64,000 nt of DNA. It comes from Phyllobates terribilis. Its lineage: Eukaryota. A program made the position numbers and the translations under genes. This document shows positions 11,987 through 23,900 of the stretch, piece by piece. The DNA is taken from NCBI RefSeq assembly GCF_046119375.1, contig NW_027362768.1, positions 94,178,001 through 94,242,000 on the forward strand, given 5' to 3'. Below the pieces are notes generated by a model, which made no database searches, was not told where the DNA came from, and was given only the letters and a program-made list of their open reading frames with translations. Positions within the stretch are counted from its first letter, which is position 1, and every line of letters begins with the position of its first letter.

Positions 11987-14900
11987 GTGAGTACCGGAGG
12001 AGGAGGTGCGCCCCGTCCCGCTGCGACCCGTCGCGCTCCCTGCAGAGTTGGTATTATGTTCAGCGCACACACCGGATGTACTGTATGTTGTGTAGGTGCT
12101 TTGCCTTTCATCCCAGTGCTCAATCCTTTTATGCTGATAAATGCAAAAATAGAGCATGGCGCCACATACCACCCAGACATGTACCAAATGTGCGTACATG
12201 CATACATGTAAGTAGAAAATGGGGCACTTACCACTGCACGTTAAAATAAAAAAAAAACAACTTTATTTGCGGTTCCAAACCGAGATAGTGGAGACAATGT
12301 GGCTGTCAGCCGTTTCGCGTGTAAGTCACGCTTCCTCTGAGCCATCTGATGCCTCAGAGGAAGCATGACTTAAACGCGAAACGGCTGTCAGTCACATTGT
12401 CTCCACCATCTCTGTTTGGAACCGCAAATAAAGGTTATTTTAACGGACAGTGGCCCATTTTCTGTTGGACTTTTTCCTAATGGGCACCATTAAGGTTAAT
12501 CAGCTGCTGAATCTAGTTAGTTTCATCATTTCTGTTTTAATGCACATAGTGTGAATGGAAGCAGAGGTGGATCACTGTTTTTCTACAACTAGTGTGATAC
12601 GTATTTCCCATTAACTATTAAAAACTCTCTTTAGTCTGTGGTGTGAGATCTCGTATTTCTCTGTGGTTTACGAGCTGATGCGCTGGCACGGGAGCAGATT
12701 GACACGAAGTTTGGCGACAACTCCTGAGTTGAGTCAGCCTATTTGTATAATGTGTCTGGGGCTGCGGAGTCGGGAAGCTGAAGCTCTGACGCTATTTTTC
12801 CACTCTCCGACACCAGCTTCAGCTCTTTCATGAATGGCAATGACAGAATGTAAATTATATCTATAATCAAGGGAATCTGTTACCAGGTTTTTGCCACCAA
12901 ATCTGATAGCAGCATAATGTAGAAACAGAGCCCCTTATTCCAGCACTATGTCACTTACTTGGCTGCTTGCTGTAATTTTGAAAAAATCACAGTTTTATCA
13001 GCAGGAGATTCAATAGAAGACTATTAAACCTGCTGCCAGGTAGTCATCCATATTCATGAGCTCTGCAAAACTCCCACCCCCACCACTAAGTGACAGCTTT
13101 CTGCCTATGCAGTGTACACAGTGGATAATCAGTGATGTGGGCAGGGTTATCCAGAGCTCAGCATTCAGAGAACTGATAGATCTGCAGCCGATAAAATGGT
13201 GATTTTTATCAAAACAGCAAGCAGCCCAATAAGTGACACTTTGTTGGAATCAGGGTCTTTGCCCCTATCACACTGCTCTTAGATGGGGAATTAAAAACCT
13301 GCAGACAGATTTCATTTCACGTTTCTGAACTTATCAAAATTTGTATATACACACAGGCCATTATTTTAGTGCAAAATGGTAAAATATATGTACGTTGGCC
13401 ATGAGGTTGTGTAAGCAGGAGCAGAAGGTTGCACTAAATGTATTATAATACTTTGTTCTACATTTCCACAAATTTCTCCCTTTTGGCCATCACATAAATC
13501 AATGCAGATTATGACTGATGAGAAATCTCCACCATTAAAGTGCGTTAAAAAATAATTATTAAAGAGGTCCTGTCATTTCTTAAATAAGTTGCCTAAATAC
13601 CTTGTAAAATCCCCAAGCTCCCCTGATTCTACAGCTCTTTTCTGTTTTGCGCCCGGTCGCTCTATTGCAGAGAAATTCAGTTTTATTCATTTTTGCAGAG
13701 CATTATGTGGAACCTCTGCTGTTAGTGCAACAGGGCGTGTCTCTCCTGGGGGGCGTGCACTTTCACCCCTCTCTTTCAGATGCTGCCAATCACAGCTCAG
13801 CAGCTGATCTAGAACTCCAGCAGTTTCAGCTGCTGCTGAGCTGTGATTGGTAGCATCTTAAAGGGAGGAGTGAAAGCGCACGCCCCGCCAGAGAAGACTC
13901 TGAAGAAGCACTGTAAGCAGAGATTTCACATACTGCGCTCCAGAAGAAACAAATGTGAATATCTCTGCAATGGAGCGACGCAGCTCAAAATTAAAAATAG
14001 CTGCAGAATCAGAAAAGCTCAGTAATTTTTTTATAATGTATTTAGCTCTTTTTTTTTTTTGTGCATGTTTTTTTATTTTTTTTTTATGAGTTTATCACTG
14101 TAATAAGAATCTTTTTTTTCATTTAGTATCTTCTATTTTCTCTTTTTTTTTCTTATAATTTAGGTTTGTTTTCTATTCTGAGGTTATTTTGTGCACTTGT
14201 AGAAATACACTATATATTTATCGATTTGTCAGTGACTCTGGATATAAAGTATTTATTGCATTTCCAATAGTTCTTTTATTTCACAAATGGATCGCAGCCC
14301 GTCCAGTGGATCTGCCCTGCCCTATCCGTTCTATATATAAATGCATTTAATGCTTTCTCCGATGCCAAGAGCTGAGACATGTTGCTAAGCCTTATGCCCG
14401 CTGGTCTGGGCTCTGGTTTCACCCTGCAGCTGTTGGATTAATGATACGAGGGCTGGAGAAGGCAGCCGTTGTCCACTTCCCTCACCATCTTGTGGACCCC
14501 AGCAGCAGCTCCTCGTCAGCGGGGGGAAAAACTCCCAGATGCCAGATCTCATAGCCTGGTAAAGGGGCTTACAGAGTAGGGATGGGTTTGGTGTTATTGG
14601 TAACCTGCATAAAGAAGTATATGGGGTGCAGCTGCTGCATGTGCGCTGCCGGCACAGTAAATTGCCATTTATGTATAGAGCTTATAATGCTGCACGGTCA
14701 TTAGATATTGGATTCATTAATTGCACTCAGATATTTCATAGTTGTTGCATTTTAATGGGGTTTCAGCAGATAATAAACCTACATTTCTAATGTAGTGCAC
14801 ACATGATTTCTGAAGCCCACCGTTCAGTGGTGGGGGGCGCAGTATGTATGTGTGTACATGCATGTGTAATATATACAATTTCTATTAAATCCGCAGAGGA

Positions 14901-17900
14901 ATTGGGTGACAACTTTGCACGTAGATTAAAGTTTTTAAAAAATGTTTATTAATTGACTTAATTTTTTTTTTCTCCCCGTGGGAGAAAATAAAATACATGC
15001 AATGGGAATAAACCTTGTATTGCCGTTGCCCAACAGTATATCTCTCTTCTTGTCGCAAGTAGATGTTGTGACACTATTTAAGGGATTGACTATCTTTTAA
15101 AACATTTTGTTTTTACTTAAATGCACATATTTTGGGTGAAATATCATTTTTGCAATTGGGCTTCATTAAAAATGTTGCACCGTTTGCCTCCTACAGCCTT
15201 GGTAGTGCATTGGGCTGCCAAATGAGTTAACTAAGAATCAGTCAGTCAGTCCACTATGACAATCTAAATGGGGAGTTTCTAACTCTTTTATCTGTCTTTC
15301 TGAGCTCCTCTCAGCTGATTTATCACGACTGGCCACATAAAAGTTGAATGTGCAGAGATATGAAAGCCTGGAAAAGCCAAACTGTGAAATTTTTAATAAA
15401 ACCCAATAGCAAAAAATGATTTTGACCCCCAAATACATGCATTTAATTAAAAATAAAGCAACCCCTTTAACGTGATACAATACTAGATCTATATAACTGC
15501 ATGTAGGAGAAATAAAGGGCACAGTGTGCAAAAACTGCAATATAACATCCTAAATGACTTAAGTTGATGTATATTTTTGTCTGCAGGTGTCTCAGTACTC
15601 GCCCAGGTGAGACTGGAATGGACGTGACGAGCCGTTGCACCTTGGGAGACCCCAACAAGTTACCTGAGGGGGTCCCACAACCGGCCCGCATGCCTTATGT
15701 CTCTGATAAACATCCGCGGCAGACATTGGAGGTCATCAACCTCTTGCGGAAGCACCGAGAGCTCTGCGATGTCGTCCTTGTGGTCGGTGCCAAAAAGATC
15801 TATGCCCATCGGGTCATCCTCTCTGCTTGCAGCCCTTATTTCCGGGCGATGTTTACCGGGGAGTTGGCCGAAAGTCGCCAGACGGAGGTTGTGATCCGGG
15901 ACATTGATGAGCGAGCCATGGAGCTGCTTATTGACTTCTCCTACACGTCGCAGATCACAGTAGAGGAAGGCAACGTGCAGACCCTGCTACCGGCCGCCTG
16001 TCTCCTCCAGCTAGCCGAAATCCAGGAGGCCTGCTGTGAATTCCTGAAGCGGCAGCTCGACCCATCCAACTGCTTAGGTATCCGAGCCTTCGCTGATACT
16101 CACTCATGCAGGGAGTTACTGAGAATCGCTGACAAATTTACCCAGCATAACTTCCAGGAGGTAAGCAATGGAAAATGTGGATGACAGTAAGCCAATCCTG
16201 GTGGTGGGATAATGTTTCCGGCCAGTTGTGTATTTAATGTCCCTGATATATGACGAAAGTGACATGACGATGACAGCGAGAGAGCTGCACCTTTCACACA
16301 CATATAACACATCCACAGGATCTCCTATAGACACCAAACTCTTCTCAGCCCTCTACTTATGTGCACACCTGACTGCAGGTATTGCCATCCTATGCCAGGA
16401 TCATGGGCAAGGTACATGTAGTTCTTCAAAACTTATCTGCGGACTTCTGTCACACGGATATTCATGTGGTTCACAAACATTGTCCGATAAGTACACTTAA
16501 AGAGGTTGTTCACTACTTTTTCATTGATGACCTATCCTTAGGATAGGTCATCAATGTCTGATCGGTCGGGGTCAGGCACCCCCGCCGATCAGCTGTTACC
16601 TGTCAGCAGTGGCCGCTTGCTGGAAGAACTCACTTGTGGTGCTGGCCGTCTTCTGATAGTGGCTGCTGCAGGGTACTACATATCCACCTCCTATTGATTT
16701 GAATAGATGTGTAGTACCCTGCCAAATATATATAACTCCTGGGGATTTCATTGCAGATTCGTCCATGGAAGAAATTTTTCGGTGGCTGTCCCATTGAGCT
16801 GAATAGGCTTTGCAGAAATCCACACACCTCATGCAGAATCCCTACCCCTAATTTACACTTGTTGAACTGTTAATTCTCTTTATAAAAGCCACTACTCTAA
16901 TTCGGAGTTGTCCTACTTCATTTTTCATCCACTTCAACCCTGTTTTTTATGGATGTTAGAGAGGAGCTGATATGGACTTCTTTTTTTTTGCAAAAGCAGG
17001 AAGCGGATGACAGCCCCATATCTTACCAGTAGTAGCATTCAATTAAAGGGAACACAACAGCAGGTTTTTGCTGAGTAATCGAGAACCGCATGATGTAGGG
17101 GCAGAGACCCTGATTCTAGCAATATGTCACTTAACTGGTCTGTGTTTTGCTGTTTCATTAAAATTGGTGTTTTATCAGCAGGAGATTATCATTACAGGAC
17201 TAGATGTCTTGTGCCTCCTAGTCAACTCCTCTATGTAACCCTGTCCCCACCACTGATTGGCTGCTTTCTGGGCAGGGTTACACTAAGTTCAGCATTCTGA
17301 GCACTGCTAGATCTGCAGCAAAAAAACTGTGATTTGTATCAAAATGATAGCAAGCAGCCCAGTAAGTGTCGTAACTGGAATAAGGGTCTCTGCTGTTACA
17401 CCATGCGGCTCTCAGATTACATAGCAAAAACCTGCGGACAGATTTCCTTTAATGGTTCCCCCTGACAATAGAAGTCATCAGTGTTATCCACTGGACAGCT
17501 CCTTTTAACAAAGTTTGGAAACTATTCATAAAATATATTTATACGTGGGACAGTGCATCCTACAACTACTCCTTAGATCTCAATTATTTGTTTTCCTTCG
17601 CTATTGACTGTAGTACACTGTTCAAAAAAAATAAAGGGAACACTTAAACAGTATATAACTCCAAGTAAATCAAACTTCTGTGAAATCAAACTGTCCACTT
17701 AGGAAGCAACACTGATTGACAATCAATTTCACATGCTGTTGTGCAAATGGAATAGACAATAGATGGAAATTATTGGCAATTAACAAGACACCCTCAATAA
17801 AGGAGTGGTTCTGCATGTGGGGACCACAGACCACATCTCAGTATCAATGCTTTCTGGCTGATGTTTTGGTCACTTTTGAATGTTGGTTGTGCTTTCACAC

Positions 17901-20900
17901 TCGTGGTAGCATGAGACGGACTCTACAAGCCACAGAAGTTGCTCAGGTAGTGCAGCTCATCCAGGATGGCACATCAATGCGAGCTGTGGCAAGAAAGTTT
18001 GCTGTGTCTGTCAGCGTAGTGTCCAGAGGCTGGAGGCGCTACCAGGAGACAGGCCAGTACACCAGGAGATGTGGAGGGGGCCATAGGAGCGCAACAACCC
18101 AGCAGCAGGACCGCTACCTCCGCCTTTGTGCAAGGAGGAACAGGAGGAGCACTGCCAGAGCCCTGCAAAATGACCTCCAGCAGGCCACAAATGTGCATGT
18201 GTCTGCACAAACGGTAAGAAACCGACTCCATGAGGGTGTTATGAGGGCCCGACGTCCACAGATGGGGGTTTTGCTCACAGCCCAACACCGTGCACGACGC
18301 TTGGCATTTGCCACAGAACACCTGGATTGGCAAAGTCACCACTGGCGCCCTGTGCTCTTCACAGATGAAAGCAGGTTCACACTGAGCACATGTGACAGAC
18401 GTGACAGAGTCTGGAGATGCCGTGGAGAGCGATCTGCTGCCTCCAACATCCTTCTGCATGACCGGTTTGGCAGTGGGTCAGTAATGGTGTGGGGTGGCAT
18501 TTCTTTGGAGTGCCGCACAGCCCTCCATATGCTCGCCAGAGGTAGCCTGACTGCCATTAGGTACCGAGATGAGATCCTCAGACCCCTTGTGAGAACATAT
18601 GCTGGTGCGGTTGGCCCTGGGTTCCTCCTAATGCAGGACAATGCCAGACCTCATGTGGCTGGAGTGTGTCAGTAGTTCCTGCAAGATGAAGGCATTGAAG
18701 CTATGGACTGGCCCGCCCGTTCCCCAGACCTGAATCCGATTGAGCACATCTGGGACATCATGTCTCACTCCATCAACCAACGTCACGTTGCACCACAGAC
18801 TGTCCAGGAGTTGGCGGATGCTTTAGTTTAGGTCTGGGAGGAGATCCCACAGGAGACCATCCGCAACCTCATCAGGAGCATGCCCAGGCATTGTAGGGAG
18901 GTCATACAGGCACGTGGAGGCCACACACAATACTGAGCCTCATTTTGACTTGTTTTAAGGACATTACATCAAAGTTGGATCAGCCTGTAGTGTGTTTTTT
19001 CACTTTAATTTTGGGGGTGACTCCAAATCCAGGCCTCCATTGGTTAATAAATTTGATTTCCATTGATGATTTTTGTGTGATTTTGTTGTCAGCACATTCA
19101 ACTTTGTACAGAACAAAGTATTCAATGAGAATATTTCATTCATTCAGATCTAGGATGTGTTATTTGAGTGTTCCCTTTATTTTTTTGAGCAGTGTATTAC
19201 AGAGCCCCCCATAGCTGCCCATAGTGATCATGTGGAGCACAGACTATAACAATGTATTTATAATACGTTTCCTAAGCGTCGTACACCTTTTTTTTTTTTT
19301 TTTTTTTTTTTTAATACGGGCTCCCTCTTGAGACTATTTGCTCTCATGTTGGCGTCTGTGGTCTCATACGTTATAGGTGCAGAGCAATCCAATGGCTGCC
19401 TTTGTTGCCTATAAGAAGTGACCACCATACACCTGACGCCAAGTCCGTCTGCCCTGAATGAAGAATATTTCAGTGTTGTTGTGTACATAACACTCGTTTT
19501 ATAGCTGTCAGTCCAACTTATGTTCAGTCGACGCTGTTCCTACTGACTCCGATACTGAGCATGCATGGATTTTCTTTAGAGCCGAGTATCGGGCATATTC
19601 ACCTTCAGCATGCCTGACCCGATAACTGCCGGGCACATACGAGTGAAGGGGAGATGATTAGCCAGCGTGCTCCCGCCCCCCCGACTGGGGGTGATTAGCC
19701 AGCGTGCTCCCCCTCCCCCCCCGACTGGGGGTGATTAGCCAGCGTGCTTCCCCCGACTAGGGGTGATTAGCCAGCGTGCTCCCCCTCCCCCCCGACTGGG
19801 GGTGATTAGCCAGCGTGCTTCCCCCGACTAGGGGTGATTAGCCAGCGTGCTCCCCCCCCCCCCCCCCCGACTGGGGGTGATTAGCCAGCGTGCTTCCCCC
19901 GACTAGGGGTGATTAGCCAGCGTGCTCCCCCTCCCCCCCGACTGGGGGTGATTAGCCAGCGTGCTCCCCCTCCCCCCCCCCCCCCCCCGACTGGGGGTGA
20001 TTAGCCAGCGTGCTCCCCCTCCCCCCCCCCCGACTGGGGGTGATTAGCCAGCGTGCTCCCCCCCCCCCCCCCGACTGGGGGTGATTAGCCAGCGTGCTTC
20101 CCCCGACTAGGGGTGATTAGCCAGCGTGCTCCCCCTCCCCCCCGACTGGGGGTGATTAGCCAGCGTGTTCCCCCTCCCCCCCGACTGGGGGTGATTAGCC
20201 AGCGTGTTCCCTGGGTATTCTGTGTCTCCTAATTGGCTTGCGGTTGCCAGGGTCCCGGTGGGTTTTCTGTCCGTCTCAGTGATGGACCCCACATGTCTGT
20301 GATCCTCAATATGATTCGGTTTCAGAACTCGGGCAGGACGGGCCGCTGTGTGTTTTGCTTTCCTCTCTAGCAAATCTATTTAGAGATCAAACCAGGATTG
20401 TGATCGGCATGTCACAATTCACAGGCCATTTCTGGATGGGCTGCAGCCTGAGAAGGTGCAAGCAGTTATGGGGACCCTATGGCTCCTGGTAAATATATTT
20501 GGGTGTTGTAGAGGGGGAGGTTTTTAATAAAGTGATTAATTAGCAGGAAGCTGATTCTTTTTAGGTCAATGGAAAGTATTTTAATCGTACAGTGTCTGCA
20601 TTGCCGTACTATTCGCATTGCTGATTTATATTTTAGGCAAACAATTTATTTTTTTAAGTGTCCAATATACTACCTTGTTTCTGCCAATGTTTTGCATCTA
20701 ATAATGCATGCACACTTGTATTAGAGGGTCCGGGGGTCTCCTGTCTGTGTGTCTCCATGCATTGCACATATTGCTGATTGCACTAAATATCCCGTGTTAT
20801 TTTCGGTCATCTCTTGTCTTTGCATTGTTTGTCTCAGCACAGTGAGGATGTACAAATTCTGTAGTTTTTGCACTTTTTAAAAGGGGTTTTTCATTTTCAG

Positions 20901-23900
20901 AACACCCCAGTTTTTTTTATATAAAGACATGCACTTTACTCCCCTTCCGAGTTCTAGGTCTCCGCTGGTGGTCCCAGTGTTATTATCTGTAGCACTTGCA
21001 TCACGTCGACAGTGCTGCAGCCAATCACTGAGCTCAGCGGCTCTGTCTTAGTACATGAAACAAACCACTCAAAGCCACCAAGCTCAGTGATTGGCTGCAG
21101 CATTGTCAGCGTGATGCCAGAAATTCTGTGCTAGACCTGGGGAGGGTGAGTAAAATGCAGTTTGCTTTGTTTTTTGTTTTTAAAAAAGTGCACTTGTGGA
21201 GGAGTTTTCTGGAAACCAAATAACCCCTTTAATGAAGGTGGCCTGTGGTTACATATCACATCCACTTTATAGATCATAAAAATGTATAGTATTCGGAGAA
21301 AAATGATGAGCGATATGACCTTTTCTTACATAGTATGGCGCCACCTGGTGTTCAAGGTGTATAGCAATGTGCGCATCCATGTGAGCGGAGTGCTGCTGGT
21401 CTCACATGCTCAGTCATTGCAAGGGCATTGATTAGAGAGGAGAGCAGGACTACTGTTCCTGCCTTGGCTCCGCCCACTGGACACTTGATGCATAATTTAC
21501 ATATGTTGATTCTCTGTGGACACATCCTTTAGATTACATGTGCAGGGGCATGTGGGATATTAATATCAGGCCATGCAATTTATTTTTTGGCATTGGCCTC
21601 TTCGGGGTGAGAGATCAGTTCGGCCAGGAAGACATCGGTCATTATTGGTTTCTGTAAGATAAGTTTGCAAAAATGTTATTACTTAGGAAAGTAAGTTAGT
21701 TTATTCCCCATCTTAAGCCGTGACCTCCCCGAGCTGTTGTAGAAACCCCATAAAGTGATATCCCGGTATGCGCCTGCACCGTATATTCAGGGCGAGATGA
21801 CAGGGGTCACGGCCAGCTACGTGTTGAGTTGCGGAGACAGCTGATGCTCTCACCCATCTGTCCTTCCTAAACATGTTTACACAGAGCTGTATATGGCGGC
21901 CACCTGGGCATGTGCCGCCTGGGCTCGCCTCTGCAAGGACAGCTCTGCGTGCTACAACTTTCCGGAAAGTTTCTGAAAATTCTTCATTATCTTTTCCATG
22001 TTATAAGATGGGCTAGTTAGAAGCGTAGAAATAATAAAATGCTCCTGTACATATCCTATGGAGGATATTCAGTTGTTATAGTACAGGCATAGTAATGTAT
22101 ACAGGCCAATTCCTCATCACCTCGAGTGCCCCTGGACTATGTCAGCAATAATGCCCTACCGCCAGCCACAGAACCTGGACGTTAGACTGGGGCGACGCAG
22201 GTGGTGCTGCCGACAATTACGGTTTGTCACTGCATAGTGCAAGAAAATTGCAAAAATCCAACTTTTTGCAACTTGCTGGTCTCAATGCAACCCCATTTAC
22301 TTCCATTGGGCTACAGCATACAGCAATATTTGGCCACGCAATTTGTGTCATGGCTGAAGTTGCCATGTAGCCCCAGTCTAAACCTGCCCGGCTACACATG
22401 CTGGGAGATGTGGCCCATGCAGCTGGAGTCTGTAGTGGCCGCAAGTGATGCTGGTAAAGAAATGGACGCACGGCAGTGCAGAGATGGGTGGGAGGACTTA
22501 AAATATTACTTACTATACAACCACCGCTTGTGGACTCACCATAAGGACAATGCAGGGTGAAGGGTTACATTTAATTAATTGGAAGCCTGTTAGCAGACAG
22601 CAGACCCTGAAAGGGAGTCCATAAGCAGCATAAAACATGAGTCTGGGCAAATTCAGGCAATAAAAAAATCCCAATTTATCATTTTAATATTAGACCACCT
22701 CCCCATAACTAAAGGTGGTGTTTCCAATTAAAACATTTAAAGGGGTTGTCCACTACTGGACAAACCCTTAAAGAGAACCCGTCGATAGGTTTTTGCCACC
22801 TAATCGGAGAGCAGCATAATGAAAGGGCAGAGACCCTGATTCCAGAGATGTTACACTTACTGGGCTCCTTGCAGGAGATTATCTCTAGAGGACTAGTAAA
22901 CCTGCTGCCAGGAAGTCTTCAATATTTATTAGCTCTGTATAACCCTGCCCCCACCACTGATTGGCTGCTTTCTGCCTATGCACAGTCTACACATAAAGCT
23001 GCCAATCAGTGGTGTGGGTGGGGATATACAGAGCTCGGCATTCAGAGAGCTGCTAAATCTGCAGTAGTGAGAACTATGATTTTATAAAAAATTCCAGCAA
23101 GTGACACATCACTGGAATCGGGGTCTCTGACCCAACACAATGCTGCTCTCAGATTTGGGTTTGCTAAAACCTGGTGACAGATTCCCTTTTAAAAGGCTCA
23201 GGGAGGTGACAAAAATTTGATTCTTTCCTCCTGAATGAAAATGTGAACAAAATGCAGCTGAATCATCGGGATGTGGTGCTGGTCCTGGAGATGAGTGTCA
23301 ATTTATTTCTGTATTTTTTTTCACCTCCCTCAGCTTATTAAAAACTGGACAGCTCCTAGTAAGAGTTATCATTCATGCAATTGTTAATGTATTTTATTTT
23401 TAGAGTTGCTGCAAGTTGAGCTTGAATTAAAAAGGTGTAAAGAACATAAAGTAGAGGTCATAGATGTGAGAAGATCATTGCATTGCCAGCACAAGGCCAT
23501 TGATGTGAATGGTGTGGTCCTTAGAATACTCATGCCGGAAGGTCCGGTATTTACATAGGACTTCACCATTTTGCCCGGATTTCCTCTGTAATGAAGGCAG
23601 TGACTACTGATCAGCCTGCATAGCCCTTCTGTTTGCAGAGTGTTGAGTGTCTGACGGCTGAGAAGTTGCTGACTGCTTGTACTTTAATGCTTTGTGCTCT
23701 GCAGGAGTCCTGCCGAGAAATGGAGCAGCTGATCTGAGAGAAGGTCCTGGCAAGGAGGCAGCCTTATTTTAGTGCCTTTGGACGCCTTCCACCTAGTCCG
23801 AGCAGCTGCTGGGGGGGGGGGGGGAAGGTGATGAGCAGAGACTCCTCTGCTCACTTCACTCAAAAGTGTCAATTCAATCGACTTTTATTCCATTTTTTTT

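Noticed and set aside
12555-12570. atggaagcagag|gt as an alternative klhl20 start exon
   Set aside because: Poor match to the known N-terminus. The 11964-11986 exon gives the expected sequence, phase and total length.
19655-20211. CRISPR-like look of a constant repeat with variable spacers
   Set aside because: The 'spacers' are only C-run length variants, there are no unique spacers or cas genes, and the context is a vertebrate intron.
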